A stretch of 64,000 nucleotides of DNA from Burkholderiaceae bacterium (GCA_041906185.1 JAYRJQ010000018.1:14336-78335), one strand, 5' to 3'. Shown: positions 33,148 to 44,547, counted from the first letter of the stretch. Program-made: numbers and translations. Notes: a model not told the origin generated them from the sequence alone.

Positions 33148-33999
33148 ATGCGCCACCCGGTCCTCACTCGCCATGAATTCGAACGCCGCCAGGGCCAGCT
33201 GGCGGACCTGCAGCGCTATGTCGCCGGGCAGGAAGAGAGCTTCCACCTCCTGCACACCTCGCTGCAGGCCTTCGTGGACCGCTACATCGATCTGCTGGGC
33301 CCGCTGTACCTCGAGCTCGACGCCCTGGAATCGCAGCTGCATTCCGCCAGCGTCCACCTCGCCGAGGCCCTGCGCCGCAACGGCCTGACGGCGCCGCTGC
33401 CAACCCCGCCGCGCGCCACCGCCCTGCCCCAGGTGCCCCGTCTGCCGGAGGCCGCCCCGCTGCCCCAGCAGCCGTCGGGCGACGGCGTGGTGGAGGTCGA
33501 GCCGCCCTCCCTGAAGCAGCTGTACCGCCGGGCCGCCATGCGCCTGCACCCGGACCTCGCCCCCAACGAGCTGCTGCGCCGCCGGCGCGAGCAGGCCATG
33601 ATGGAGGCCAACCAGGCCTATGCCGAGGGCAACCGCTTCCTGCTGGAGCGCCTGCTGCTGGAGGCCGGCGAGGATCCCCTCAAGGTCACCGGCAGCAACG
33701 GCGACGCCGTGCTCGAGTGGCTGCGCCGCAGCGAGCTGGCCGTGCAGGGCCGCCTGCGGGTCGTGCAGGCCCACCTGGTGGCGCTGCAGGCCCATCCCAT
33801 GCACCAGCTGATGCAGGCCATCGAAGGCGCCGAAGGCCGTGGCCTCGCCCCCTTCGAGATCATGCAGAGCCGCCTGCGCACGCAGATCAGCCAGCGTCGC
33901 CAGGAGCTCTACATCGGCCAGCGCCTGCAGCCCGAGTCCGAGCTGGCGGTGGCCTTCCTCACGCAGCGCGTGGAGCGCATGGGCGCGTCGGCCTACTGA
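33148..33999 (+). CDS. J-domain-containing protein (DnaJ-like, no zinc-finger or CTD)
   Basis: 283 aa with an internal J-domain signature LKQLYRRAAMRLHPDLAP...EANQAYAEGN (HPD tripeptide). The flanks are coiled-coil-like. Confidence 0.7.
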   Translation: MRHPVLTRHEFERRQGQLADLQRYVAGQEESFHLLHTSLQAFVDRYIDLLGPLYLELDALESQLHSASVHLAEALRRNGLTAPLPTPPRATALPQVPRLPEAAPLPQQPSGDGVVEVEPPSLKQLYRRAAMRLHPDLAPNELLRRRREQAMMEANQAYAEGNRFLLERLLLEAGEDPLKVTGSNGDAVLEWLRRSELAVQGRLRVVQAHLVALQAHPMHQLMQAIEGAEGRGLAPFEIMQSRLRTQISQRRQELYIGQRLQPESELAVAFLTQRVERMGASAY

Positions 34000-34038
34000 G
34001 CCACAGGGCCGCGGCCCTGGCCGCCCAGGGCCCGCCCC

Positions 34039-35637
34039 TCAATGCGAGGTGCCTTCCTCGCGGCTGATCTTGTTCCAGACGTTGTACTTGCCCACCGGCT
34101 TGCTCATGGGCAGGCGCTTGAGCTCCTTGAAGCTCCGGGCGTCGTACACGATCAGCGCGCCGTCCATCTCCCACAGGCTGGCCAGCACGTAGCGGCCGTC
34201 CTTGGTGAACTCGACGTGGGCCAGCGTCTTGCCCGGCTCGCGCACCTGCGCGACGACCTCCAGCGTGGCCTTGTCGATGATGCTCAGCGTGTCCTTGGCC
34301 GTGGGGCTCATCATGGAATCCGTCCAGGCATAGGGGCTCTGCGCGTGGCTGCGCATGAAGAAGCCCGGGCCCGGCGTGACGATCTCCTTCACGAGCTGCC
34401 AGCTCTTGAGGTCCACCACGCTGATGCGCCCGTCCTTCAGGTTCGGGCTGGCCAGCAGGCGGCGCCCCTCGCGGGTGAAGCTGATGCCGGACCCCAGGTG
34501 CGGCAGCCCGGGAATGGGCAGCTCGGCGATCTTCTTGCGCACGTCCAGGTTGACGACCTGCCCCAGGCTGCCGCCGCCCTCGCGGGGGCGGGCGGAGCCC
34601 AGCACGTGGGCGTAGCTGTCGTCGAAGAAGAAGTCGTCCAGCGGCTCCTCCAGCAGCGTGCGGCGAATGTTCTGGTAGCCCGGCGTGGGCAGGGATTCGC
34701 CCATCTTGTAGTCGTGCACATAGCCCTCGTGGATGGGCTCGGCCTTGGGGTCGTAGCTGATCTCCCAGAGCTCGGGCAGGTCCTTGAGCGCCACGACGAA
34801 GCTCTTGCGCGGCGTGGCGTCGTACACCGCCGAGACCCGCGAGCTCTGCGCGCCGTCGCGGCTCTGGGCCGCGTAGCTGCGCACCAGCTTCAGGTCGGCA
34901 TCGAAGAGCACGGCGTTGCGCGGCAGGTAGTTCGCCGCCATCACCCAGCGGCCATCGGCGCTCACGGCCACATTGCGCATGTTGAGCCCCGCGCGCACCT
35001 CGGCCACCAGCTTCAGGTTCCAGAGGTCGTACTTGCTGATCCAGCCGTCGCGCGAGCCGAAAAACACATAGCGGCCATCGGGCGTGAACTTCGGCCCGCC
35101 ATGCAGCGCATAGCGGCTCGCGAAGCGGTGCAGCACCTCGAAGCGGTCACCGTCGACCAGGCTCACGTGGTGATCCCCGCCCTCCACCACCACGAAGAGG
35201 TTCATGGGGTCGGCCTTCCACTGCGGCTTCGCGGGCCAGCGGGTGCTGGCGGCGTCGATGCTGCGGGAGGCCTCGATGTCGGCGTCCGTCCAGCGGGGCA
35301 GCACGGGCGGCGGCGCGTAGACGAAGGCCTGCAGCGCCTGGATCTCGGCCTCGCTCAGCTGCGCGCCGAAGGCCGGCATCTGCGTCGCCGCGCGGCCGTT
35401 GCGGATCACGGCCAGCGCCTCGGGCTTGCGCAGGCGCTCCAGGCTCTCGGGCAGCAGCGCCGGGCCCATGCCGCCGGTGCGCTCGGCGCCGTGGCAGCTC
35501 ACGCAGTGCTGCTGGTAGAGCGCCGCGGCCGAGGGCGGGCGGGGGGCGTCTTCCGCCGCGCGGGCGTAGTCGAGGCCCACCATCACGAGGCCGGCCGCCA
35601 GGAGCAGCTTGCAGAGGGACTTGATGTGTTCGTTCAT
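34039..35637 (-). CDS. nirN: cytochrome cd1-family protein NirN (dihydro-heme d1 dehydrogenase)
   Basis: ATGA overlap with the nirJ stop. The signal peptide is MNEHIKSLCKLLLAAGLVMV, and a c-type haem site CVSCH precedes an 8-bladed propeller-type sequence. It is the last gene of the nir operon. Confidence 0.85.
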   Translation of the reverse strand: MNEHIKSLCKLLLAAGLVMVGLDYARAAEDAPRPPSAAALYQQHCVSCHGAERTGGMGPALLPESLERLRKPEALAVIRNGRAATQMPAFGAQLSEAEIQALQAFVYAPPPVLPRWTDADIEASRSIDAASTRWPAKPQWKADPMNLFVVVEGGDHHVSLVDGDRFEVLHRFASRYALHGGPKFTPDGRYVFFGSRDGWISKYDLWNLKLVAEVRAGLNMRNVAVSADGRWVMAANYLPRNAVLFDADLKLVRSYAAQSRDGAQSSRVSAVYDATPRKSFVVALKDLPELWEISYDPKAEPIHEGYVHDYKMGESLPTPGYQNIRRTLLEEPLDDFFFDDSYAHVLGSARPREGGGSLGQVVNLDVRKKIAELPIPGLPHLGSGISFTREGRRLLASPNLKDGRISVVDLKSWQLVKEIVTPGPGFFMRSHAQSPYAWTDSMMSPTAKDTLSIIDKATLEVVAQVREPGKTLAHVEFTKDGRYVLASLWEMDGALIVYDARSFKELKRLPMSKPVGKYNVWNKISREEGTSH

Positions 35638-36881
35638 GCGGACAGCACCTCGATGATGCGGCGCTTGCCGCTGAAGGGCGTGAGCTCGACGCGCGCCAGG
35701 CGGCTCGCCGCCTCGGGCGAGAGGCCGATCTCGTTGTCGTCCAGGTAGCAGCCCGGGTCCTCGGCCCAGTAGTCGCCGGTGAGCTGGTGCGCGCGCACTC
35801 GCGTGTTGCCGCCGCACAGCGCGAAGTGCTGGCACTCGGCGCAGCGGCCCTTGACCGGGCGCGGATGCATCTTGAGGCCGTCCATCAGCGGGTCGCTGCG
35901 GTCGCTCCAGATCTCGGAGAACGGCCGCTGGCGCACATTGCCCAGCGGGTGGTGCCCCCACATGGTGTCGGGGTGGACCTCGCCCTGGCTGTCGATGTTG
36001 GCCACGCCGACGCCGGAGGCATTGCCGCCCCAGGCCACGAGGCGCGCGCGCAGCGCAGCCTGCCACTGCGGCCATCGCCGGCCGACCCAGGCCAGCAGGT
36101 AGGCGGCATCGGCGTCGTTGTTGCCGGTGACGTAGTCGCGCGTGCTGCCGGCCTCGGCATCGGCCCAGGCGGTCTCGAAGAGCAGGTCCAGCGCCTGGCG
36201 GGTCGCCTCGAAGTGGGCGTCGCGGCCGCGGTGGATGTTGCCGCGGCCGGCGTAGTTCAGGTGCGAGAAGTAGAACTTGTCCACGCCCTCGTCCTTCATC
36301 AGCTGCAGCAGGAAGGGGAAGTCCTGGCCGTTCAAATCGGTGAAGGTGTAGCGCAGGCCCGTCTTGACGCCGCGCTCGTGCAGCAGACGGATGCCGGCCA
36401 TCGACTCGTCATAGGCCCCGACCTTGCGGCGGAAGCGGTCGTGCGTGTCGCGGCTGCCGTCGATGCTGACGCCCACGTAGTCGAACTGCTGCGCCGCGAT
36501 GCGGTCCGCCATCGCAGCGTCGATCATCGTGCCGTTGCTGGAGAGCGCCGTGTAGAAGCCCATGCCCTGCGCGCGGCTGGCGATCTCGAAGAGCTGCGGG
36601 TGCAGCAGCGGCTCGCCACCAGAGAGGATCAGCACCGGCACGCCATAGGCCTTCAGGTCGTCCATGACCCTGCAGATCTCCTCGTGGCTCAGCTCGCCGG
36701 GGTAATGGTGATCGGCGGACAGCGCGTAGCAGTGCTTGCAGGTGAGGTTGCAGCGGCGGGTGAGGTTCCAGATCACGACGGGGCGCGTCTCGCCGCCCGA
36801 GCCCATGCGGCGCGGCGCGGGATAGACGCCCTCGCGCTCGGCCTGGGCGATCTCACGCAGGTATTGGCTGATGCGAAGCAT
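35634..36881 (-). CDS. nirJ: radical-SAM haem d1 biosynthesis protein NirJ
   Basis: MLRISQYL...NLTRRCNLTCKHCY (CxxxCxxC radical-SAM motif). AGGAGG lies upstream of the ATG, and a C-terminal Cys-rich auxiliary cluster region is present. Confidence 0.9.
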   Translation of the reverse strand: MLRISQYLREIAQAEREGVYPAPRRMGSGGETRPVVIWNLTRRCNLTCKHCYALSADHHYPGELSHEEICRVMDDLKAYGVPVLILSGGEPLLHPQLFEIASRAQGMGFYTALSSNGTMIDAAMADRIAAQQFDYVGVSIDGSRDTHDRFRRKVGAYDESMAGIRLLHERGVKTGLRYTFTDLNGQDFPFLLQLMKDEGVDKFYFSHLNYAGRGNIHRGRDAHFEATRQALDLLFETAWADAEAGSTRDYVTGNNDADAAYLLAWVGRRWPQWQAALRARLVAWGGNASGVGVANIDSQGEVHPDTMWGHHPLGNVRQRPFSEIWSDRSDPLMDGLKMHPRPVKGRCAECQHFALCGGNTRVRAHQLTGDYWAEDPGCYLDDNEIGLSPEAASRLARVELTPFSGKRRIIEVLSA

Positions 36882-36883
36882 GT

Positions 36884-37408
36884 TCAGTCCTCCTGGGATG
36901 CGGGGCGGCTGGCCAGGCGCAGGCCGGTCTTCTTCAGGATGGCGCTGCTGTAGAGGATGTCGTGGGCGCGGCAGGCGTCGCCCAGCAGCGTGCGGATCTC
37001 CTGCGCCTGCGCTTCCACCTCCTCGCGGCTGCGGCCGTGCAGCATGGCGAAGAGGTTGTAGGGCCACTCGGGCAGATGGCGCGGGCGGCGGTAGCAGTGA
37101 CTGACGCAGGCCAGGCTGCCGATGCGTTCGCCGACCTCGTCGACCAGCGCATCGTCCACGTCCCACACCGTCATGCCATTGGCCAGATAGCCCAGGCGGT
37201 AGTGGTTGGGCACGGCGCCGATGCGTCGGATCAGGCCGCGGTCCTGCATGTCCTGCAGCAGCTGCAGGACCTCCGTCTCGGTGATGCCCAGCAGCGCGCC
37301 CAGCGCCTCGTAAGGCTTGGCGACGAGGGGCAGGCCTTGCTGGGTGGCGGCGATGAGATGGCGCTCCAGCGCACTGAGCTGGGCGGGTGCCTTCAAGGCG
37401 GCGTTCAT
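36884..37408 (-). CDS. nirH: siroheme decarboxylase subunit NirH (AsnC/Lrp-like)
   Basis: 174 aa with LSALERHLIAATQQGLPLVAKPYEALG and VSHCYRRP motifs. The assignment follows its position after nirG. Confidence 0.8.
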   Translation of the reverse strand: MNAALKAPAQLSALERHLIAATQQGLPLVAKPYEALGALLGITETEVLQLLQDMQDRGLIRRIGAVPNHYRLGYLANGMTVWDVDDALVDEVGERIGSLACVSHCYRRPRHLPEWPYNLFAMLHGRSREEVEAQAQEIRTLLGDACRAHDILYSSAILKKTGLRLASRPASQED

Positions 37409-37911
37409 GGGCGGGCCTCCATCGTGGCGCGGGCCGGCAGGTGCAGGCCCACGAAGAACTCGCGTTCCTTGGGGAAGGCCCAGACCTTGAGGCCGGTCTC
37501 GGCCTCGATGGCATGGACCACGCGCGTGATGTCCGATGCCTGCTCGGTGGCCAGCACGAACCACATGTTCAGCAGGTGCTCGCGCCGGTAGTTGTGGGCG
37601 ACCTCGGGATGCGCATTGACCAGGGCCGTGACGGCCTCGTAGCGTTCCTGCGGCACTTGCAGCGCGGCCAGCACGAAGCGCCCCCCGGCGCGCTCGATCT
37701 GGAACAGCGGGCCGAAGCGGGTCAGCGTGCCCTCGCCCAGCAGGCGGTGCAGGCGCTCGAGCAGCTCGTCCTCGCTGCAGCCCAGCTCCTCGGCGACGGC
37801 GGCGAAGGGCCGCGCCACCAGGGGCAGCTCGCCCTGCAGGCGGTTGATCAGCGCCGCATCGAGGGCGTCGAGGCGCGCCAGGCTGCGGCGCGCGGCGGAT
37901 GGCTCATGCAT
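37405..37911 (-). CDS. nirG: siroheme decarboxylase subunit NirG
   Basis: ATGA overlap at its 3' end with the nirH start. The protein reads MHEPSAARRSLARLDALDAALINRLQGELPLVARPF...VAHNYRREH. AGGAG lies 7 nt upstream of the ATG at 37911. Confidence 0.8.
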   Translation of the reverse strand: MHEPSAARRSLARLDALDAALINRLQGELPLVARPFAAVAEELGCSEDELLERLHRLLGEGTLTRFGPLFQIERAGGRFVLAALQVPQERYEAVTALVNAHPEVAHNYRREHLLNMWFVLATEQASDITRVVHAIEAETGLKVWAFPKEREFFVGLHLPARATMEARP

Positions 37912-38947
37912 GGGCATACTCCTGTGCCGGCGCAACCACGGCCATGGCCGGCAGCGCGTCGACGAAATAGCCCGAGCCGCACTGCTTGAAGCGCCGGCGG
38001 CTGAACAGCTGGGCCTGGGGGAAGGCATGAAGGCCGGCGGCCTCGCGAGCGGCGTCCAGCGCCGCACGCACGGCGTCGCGCTCGCGGCCATGGATCATGC
38101 AGAAGAGGTTGAAGGGCCAGCCCGGTCCGCGCTCGCGGCGATAGCACAGGGTGACGCCGGGCTGCTGCGCGAGCACCCGGGCGTGCGCGTCGATCTCGTC
38201 GTCCGGCACATCGAAGACGCACATCGCGTTGCTGGCAATGCCGAGCTCGTGGTGGCGCACGATGACGCCGAAGCGCCGCAGCACGCCCTCATCCAGCCAG
38301 GTCTGCAGCGTGGCCAGCACCTCGGACTCGCGCCAGCCCAGGGCCTCCGCCCAGGCCGCGTAGGGCCGGGGCTGCAGCGGCAGGCCCTGCTCCAGCAAGG
38401 CCGCCAGGGGCCGCTGACCGGCGTCGAGGGCCCGCACGCGCGCCGGCTGGGTCGCGCCCGCCGGCACCGGCGCCGGCCCGCGCGCCCGCAGGTCGAAGCC
38501 CAGGTTGATGCGGTAGGGCCGCACCATGGGCAGGCGCAGGGCCTGCAGGCCGCAGCGCTGCTCCAGCTCGAGCAGGCGCTGCTCGATCCAGTCCCGCGAG
38601 GGCCCGGTGATGACGAACCACAGCGAGTAGGCATGCTCGCGCTCATAGTTGTGATTGACGCCCGGCACCGCGTTGACCAGGGCCGCCACGGCCTCCAGCC
38701 GCTCCGGCGGCACGGCCAGCGCGCACAGCAGCCCTGCCCCGCCCGAGCCCGGCGCGAAGACGCCGCCCAGCCGCGAGACCGAGCCCTGGCTCACGGCCTG
38801 AGCCAGCTGCTCGATCACCACCGCCTCGCTGCAGCCGTAGCGCCGCCCCATGGCCTCGAAAGGTTGGCTGATCAACGGCAGGCGCTGCTGCCAGTCATTC
38901 AGCAGGGCTTCGCGCAGCGGCGCGGGGCCGAGGGTCCGTGCGTTCAC
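37904..38947 (-). CDS. nirDL: fused siroheme decarboxylase NirD-NirL
   Basis: GTG start with a GTGA overlap on the nirF stop. Two tandem AsnC-like modules are present, each ending in an xNHNYxREH / CYRRE-type motif (VNHNYEREHAYSLWF and VTLCYRRERGPGWPFNLF). Confidence 0.8.
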   Translation of the reverse strand: MNARTLGPAPLREALLNDWQQRLPLISQPFEAMGRRYGCSEAVVIEQLAQAVSQGSVSRLGGVFAPGSGGAGLLCALAVPPERLEAVAALVNAVPGVNHNYEREHAYSLWFVITGPSRDWIEQRLLELEQRCGLQALRLPMVRPYRINLGFDLRARGPAPVPAGATQPARVRALDAGQRPLAALLEQGLPLQPRPYAAWAEALGWRESEVLATLQTWLDEGVLRRFGVIVRHHELGIASNAMCVFDVPDDEIDAHARVLAQQPGVTLCYRRERGPGWPFNLFCMIHGRERDAVRAALDAAREAAGLHAFPQAQLFSRRRFKQCGSGYFVDALPAMAVVAPAQEYAHA

Positions 38948-40173
38948 AGGCCCACCTTGCCCGCCCGGCTCGTGAAAAAGATGCCGCTGGGCGAAGAAGA
39001 CTCCAGCGTCGCCAGCGTCTGGAAGCTGGCGGTGTCGATCACCGAGACGCGGTTTGCATCGCGCGAGGAGATCCACACGGCCTCGCCGCGCGGCGTGAAC
39101 TCCATGTGCAGCACGGCCTTGCCGGGGCTCAGGGTCTGCACGATCTGGCGGGTCTGGGTGTCGATCACCTGCACGCGGTCGTAGTCGGGCACGGCGAAGT
39201 TGACCCACACCTGGCGGCCGTCCGGGCGGGCCATCACGAAGACGGGCTGGCCCTGCACGGGGATGCGGCCGACCTCGCGCCAGGTCTCGGTGTCCACCAC
39301 CAGCACCTCGTGCCGACCGATGGCGGGCAGGTAGGCGTGGCGGCCGGCCACGGCCCAGCCGCGCAGGTGCGGCATCTTGAAGACGGGCAGCGGCTCCTGG
39401 CCGCGGCCGTAGCCCCCGAGGATGCGCTCGACACGCGGCTCGGCGGCCCAGAGGTCGATCTTGGCGAGGCCGTCCTCGCCGAAGAGGCCGGCGATGTAAT
39501 GGCGGCCGTCGGGCGTCACCAGCGCGTCGTAGGGCTGGCGGCCGATGCCACGGAATTTCTGCAGCTTCGGCGTGCGCGGGTCGGCCAGGTCGGCGACCCA
39601 GATCTCGTCGGCGTCGAAGAGCGCGTAGATGAAGCGCTGGCCGGGCAGGTCCGCCAGTCCCACCACGCGCGAGAACTTGCCGGGGGCGTACTCGGCGGGG
39701 ATGTCGGCCAGGGGCTTCAGCGTCTCGGCGTCGAAGACCTTGATGCCGCCGGGCTGGTAGTTCTGCGCGACCACGAGGCGGCCATCCTGCGAGATCGCCC
39801 CGCCGATGGAGTTGCCCGCCTGCTGCACGCGGGCCTCGATGCGGCGTTCGCCCAGGTTCACCTTGCTCAGCGCGCCGTCGCGGCCAAAGACATAGGCATG
39901 CAGGCCGTCGCGCGCGTACACGATGGACGCGTGGGACAGATCGCCCAGCCCCTCGATGCGGCCCAGCACGCGGCGGCTGCTGGTGTTGACCACCTGCAGG
40001 CGGCCGTCGGCGCGCTCGACCACGAGGCCGAGATCGCCCGTGCCCAGCCAGCGCTCCGCCGGCACGGAGGGCGCGGCTGTGGGCGGCGTCTGGGCGCAGG
40101 CGGCCATCAAGGCCAGTACCAGCGCGGACGCCAGACCGCGGAGGCCTGCGAGGCCCGGGCGTGTGATGTTCAT
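38944..40173 (-). CDS. nirF: haem d1 biosynthesis protein NirF (cd1-like propeller without haem c), lipoprotein
   Basis: MNITRPGLAGLRGLASALVLALMAAC has a lipobox. The protein is NirS-like in its propeller sequence but has no CxxCH. ATGA overlap with the nirC stop. Confidence 0.85.
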   Translation of the reverse strand: MNITRPGLAGLRGLASALVLALMAACAQTPPTAAPSVPAERWLGTGDLGLVVERADGRLQVVNTSSRRVLGRIEGLGDLSHASIVYARDGLHAYVFGRDGALSKVNLGERRIEARVQQAGNSIGGAISQDGRLVVAQNYQPGGIKVFDAETLKPLADIPAEYAPGKFSRVVGLADLPGQRFIYALFDADEIWVADLADPRTPKLQKFRGIGRQPYDALVTPDGRHYIAGLFGEDGLAKIDLWAAEPRVERILGGYGRGQEPLPVFKMPHLRGWAVAGRHAYLPAIGRHEVLVVDTETWREVGRIPVQGQPVFVMARPDGRQVWVNFAVPDYDRVQVIDTQTRQIVQTLSPGKAVLHMEFTPRGEAVWISSRDANRVSVIDTASFQTLATLESSSPSGIFFTSRAGKVGL

Positions 40174-40529
40174 GGTTGTCTCCTCGACACCGCCGCCGCG
40201 GGCGTGCCGGCGCCGACGGGCGCGGGGCTCAGCAACTGCAGCGCCAGCCAGTCGGCCTCGTCGCTGCTGAGCATGCTTTTCCAGGGCGGCATGGGCGTGC
40301 CGGGCCGGCCGTGGAAGATGGTGGCGCTGAGGCTCTGCCAGGGCTTGCCCTGCAGCGCGTCGGCCGTGAGGGCCGGCCCCAGGCCACCGGTGAGGCGCAT
40401 GCCGTGGCAGGACCCGCAGTCCTGGCGCAGCATGCGCAGCAGCTCGGTCTGACGCTCGGGCGCAGGCTCGGCCCGGCCGGACATCGGCCAGGCCAGGACC
40501 AGCAGGAGCAGACAGACCGTGCCGCGCAT
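40170..40529 (-). CDS. nirC: cytochrome c55X NirC
   Basis: 119 aa with a signal peptide and a single CGSCH haem site. It lies between nirM and nirF. Confidence 0.8.
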   Translation of the reverse strand: MRGTVCLLLLVLAWPMSGRAEPAPERQTELLRMLRQDCGSCHGMRLTGGLGPALTADALQGKPWQSLSATIFHGRPGTPMPPWKSMLSSDEADWLALQLLSPAPVGAGTPAAAVSRRQP

Positions 40530-40535
40530 GGGCGC

Positions 40536-40841
40536 TCAGCTCTTCAGGATCTGCTCGACGGCGGCCTTCAGGTCGCCATCGCTGATCTTGTCCGGACCGA
40601 CCGGGGCCATGGGGATCGGGCCGAAGGTGCCGGAACCGCCCTTGCGGACCTTCTCCATCAGCTTGGCCGTGACGTCCTGGCCCTTGTACTTGGCCGCGAT
40701 GTCCTTGAAGGCCGGACCCACCACCTTCTTGTCCTTGCTGTGGCAGGCCATGCAACCGGCCTTGTTCATGGCCTCGTCCACGTCGGCATGCGCCGTCACG
40801 GCGGCGAGGCCCAGGCTCAGGGTGATCAACAACGCTTTCAT
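40536..40841 (-). CDS. nirM: cytochrome c551 NirM
   Basis: 101 aa: MKALLITLSLGLAAVTAHA signal peptide, CMACH haem site, then ...GPIPMAP. Confidence 0.88.
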   Translation of the reverse strand: MKALLITLSLGLAAVTAHADVDEAMNKAGCMACHSKDKKVVGPAFKDIAAKYKGQDVTAKLMEKVRKGGSGTFGPIPMAPVGPDKISDGDLKAAVEQILKS

Positions 40842-40997
40842 GTGTGCTCCTTGACTGCTTGTCTTGAAGACCGCCCCAGCCTTCGGTCGAAGGTCGGGGT
40901 CAGGTCTTGCTCATCGGAAAGTCAGGGAAGCGCCGGGCCGCCCCACGCTTCCCTGCCCCCTCGGGGGGCCTGGCACCACGTGCCAGGTCTGGGGGCC

Positions 40998-42898
<1,901 letters not shown>

Positions 42899-42941
42899 AC
42901 AAGAGCCCCTTTCCACAATGGGCCCATCCAAGGAGAGCCCC

Positions 42942-43775
42942 ATGAGCCGACTCGACGAGCCGCTGTATTTCTCGAACAGCACAGCCACCCCGGCGGCCTC
43001 GCCCGCCCACGTCACGCTGGTCGGTGCCGGTCCCGGCGACCCCGACTTGCTGACAGTCAAGGCCGCGCGCGCGCTGGGTCAGGCGACGCTCGTGCTGTAC
43101 GACCACCTCGTGTCCAAGGACGTGCTCAAGCTGATCCGCGACGACGCGGACTTGATCTATGTCGGCAAGGAATCCGGCCACCACACGCTGACGCAGGAGG
43201 GCATCATCGAGCTGATGATCCGCCTCGCGCGCAGCGGCCGCGCGGTGCTGCGGCTCAAGGGCGGTGATCCCTACATCTTCGGCCGCGGCGGCGAGGAAGC
43301 GCAGGCGCTGGCCGAGGCCGGCATTCCCTTCGAGACGATTCCCGGCATCAGCGCGGCACAGGCGGCCGGCGCGCTGGCGGGCATCCCGCTCACACACCGC
43401 GACCACGCCTGCTCGCTGGTCTTCGCCACGGGCCATCTGCGCGAGGCCGTGGACGGCGAGCCGCGCTCGGTGGACCTGGACTGGGACATGCTGGCGCGCG
43501 CGCGCCAGACGGTGGTGATCTACATGGGGTTGGGCAGCCTGCCCATCATCAGCGAGCAGCTCATCCGCCACGGGCTCTCGCCCGACACGCCGGCCGCACT
43601 CATCGAGAAGGCCAGCACCCCGCAGCAGCGCTGCCTGCGCGGCAGCCTCGAGACCCTGCCCACGCTGGCCAAGCTGCATGGCATCAAGCCGCCGGCCCTG
43701 CTGATCATCGGCGAGGTGGCTGCCCTGCACGAGCAGCTCAGCCCCGCGATGCGGGCCGCTCACTGCAAGGGATAG
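42942..43775 (+). CDS. nirE: uroporphyrinogen-III C-methyltransferase (NirE/CobA type)
   Basis: AAGGAG lies upstream of the ATG. Motifs VTLVGAGPGDPDLLTVKA and GGDPYIFGRGGEE match SUMT. Confidence 0.9.
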   Translation: MSRLDEPLYFSNSTATPAASPAHVTLVGAGPGDPDLLTVKAARALGQATLVLYDHLVSKDVLKLIRDDADLIYVGKESGHHTLTQEGIIELMIRLARSGRAVLRLKGGDPYIFGRGGEEAQALAEAGIPFETIPGISAAQAAGALAGIPLTHRDHACSLVFATGHLREAVDGEPRSVDLDWDMLARARQTVVIYMGLGSLPIISEQLIRHGLSPDTPAALIEKASTPQQRCLRGSLETLPTLAKLHGIKPPALLIIGEVAALHEQLSPAMRAAHCKG

Positions 43776-44458
43776 GACGCCAGACTGCGGGTGTTGAGGA
43801 TGCGGATGTCGCGGCGATCGATCTGGATCAAGCCTTCCGCCTCCAGCTCGTGCAGCACGCGCGAGAAGTACTCCGGCGTCAGCGACAGGCGCGAGGCGAT
43901 GGTGGCCTTGCTGACGGGCAGCGAGACGGTCAGGGTGTCGCCCGGCACGCAGTCGTCCTCGTCCTGCTCGCTCAGCAGGAAGCCGATGACGCGCTGGATG
44001 CCGCTGTGCAGGCAGTAGGACTCCACGTCGCGGATCAGCCCATGCAGGCGGCGTGACACGCCCGCCAGCATGCGCAGCGCGAAGCGGGGCTCGCGGGCGA
44101 TCTCCTCCATCACGGCCGCCTTGCTGATGGACAGCAGCAGGCACTCCGAGAGCGTCTGCGCATTCACGATGTGCGGGCGGTCGGTGAACATGAGCGCCTC
44201 GCCGAAGCTGTTGCCGGGGCCCACGAGTTCGATGACCTTCTCCGCGCCGCTGGGCGAGCGCGCATAGAGCTTGACCTGGCCCGTCACCACGACGTGGAAG
44301 GCATCGCAGGTCTGGCCCACGCGGAACACCGTCTCGCCGCGCCCCAACCGATGCAGCTGGCAGCCCTGCTGGGCGAGCGCCTGCAGCTCGGTGGGCTGCA
44401 TGTCGCCGAACAGCGGCAGCACGGACAAGTAGCGGGGAAGGTCGAAGGTGGCTGGCAT
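43760..44458 (-). CDS. dnr: Crp/Fnr-family regulator of DNR/NNR type
   Basis: 232 aa with a cNMP-like beta-roll and a C-terminal HTH (SKATIASRLSLTPEYFSRVLHELE). No N-terminal Cys cluster is present, so this is not a true FNR. The gene lies between the nir and nor operons, and its 3' end overlaps the nirE 3' end by 16 bp. Confidence 0.85.
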   Translation of the reverse strand: MPATFDLPRYLSVLPLFGDMQPTELQALAQQGCQLHRLGRGETVFRVGQTCDAFHVVVTGQVKLYARSPSGAEKVIELVGPGNSFGEALMFTDRPHIVNAQTLSECLLLSISKAAVMEEIAREPRFALRMLAGVSRRLHGLIRDVESYCLHSGIQRVIGFLLSEQDEDDCVPGDTLTVSLPVSKATIASRLSLTPEYFSRVLHELEAEGLIQIDRRDIRILNTRSLASYPLQ

Positions 44459-44533
44459 GTGGGCTCCCTGGAATGGCTGGCGACCTTTGAAGGCCGGACG
44501 AACGCGATTCTGTGGAGCGGCCCGCCCGCCGAT

Positions 44534-44547
44534 TTGAGGCGGATCAA
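44534..44547. promoter_or_regulatory. FNR/ANR-type box upstream of dnr
   Basis: TTGAGGCGGATCAA against the consensus TTGAT-N4-ATCAA. Its centre is about 82 nt upstream of the dnr ATG. Confidence 0.6.

Noticed and set aside
34039-36075. Long N-terminal extensions of track ORFs. Examples are the nirN ORF reaching 36075, nirJ reaching 37514, nirF reaching 40755, nirS reaching 42851, nadE reaching 28836, thrS reaching 61070 and leuA reaching 18300.
   Set aside because: The extensions run through the upstream gene in another frame and are compositionally non-protein-like. Internal ATG or GTG codons with Shine-Dalgarno sequences, signal peptides, or ATGA/GTGA coupling to the preceding stop give the family-typical N-termini.
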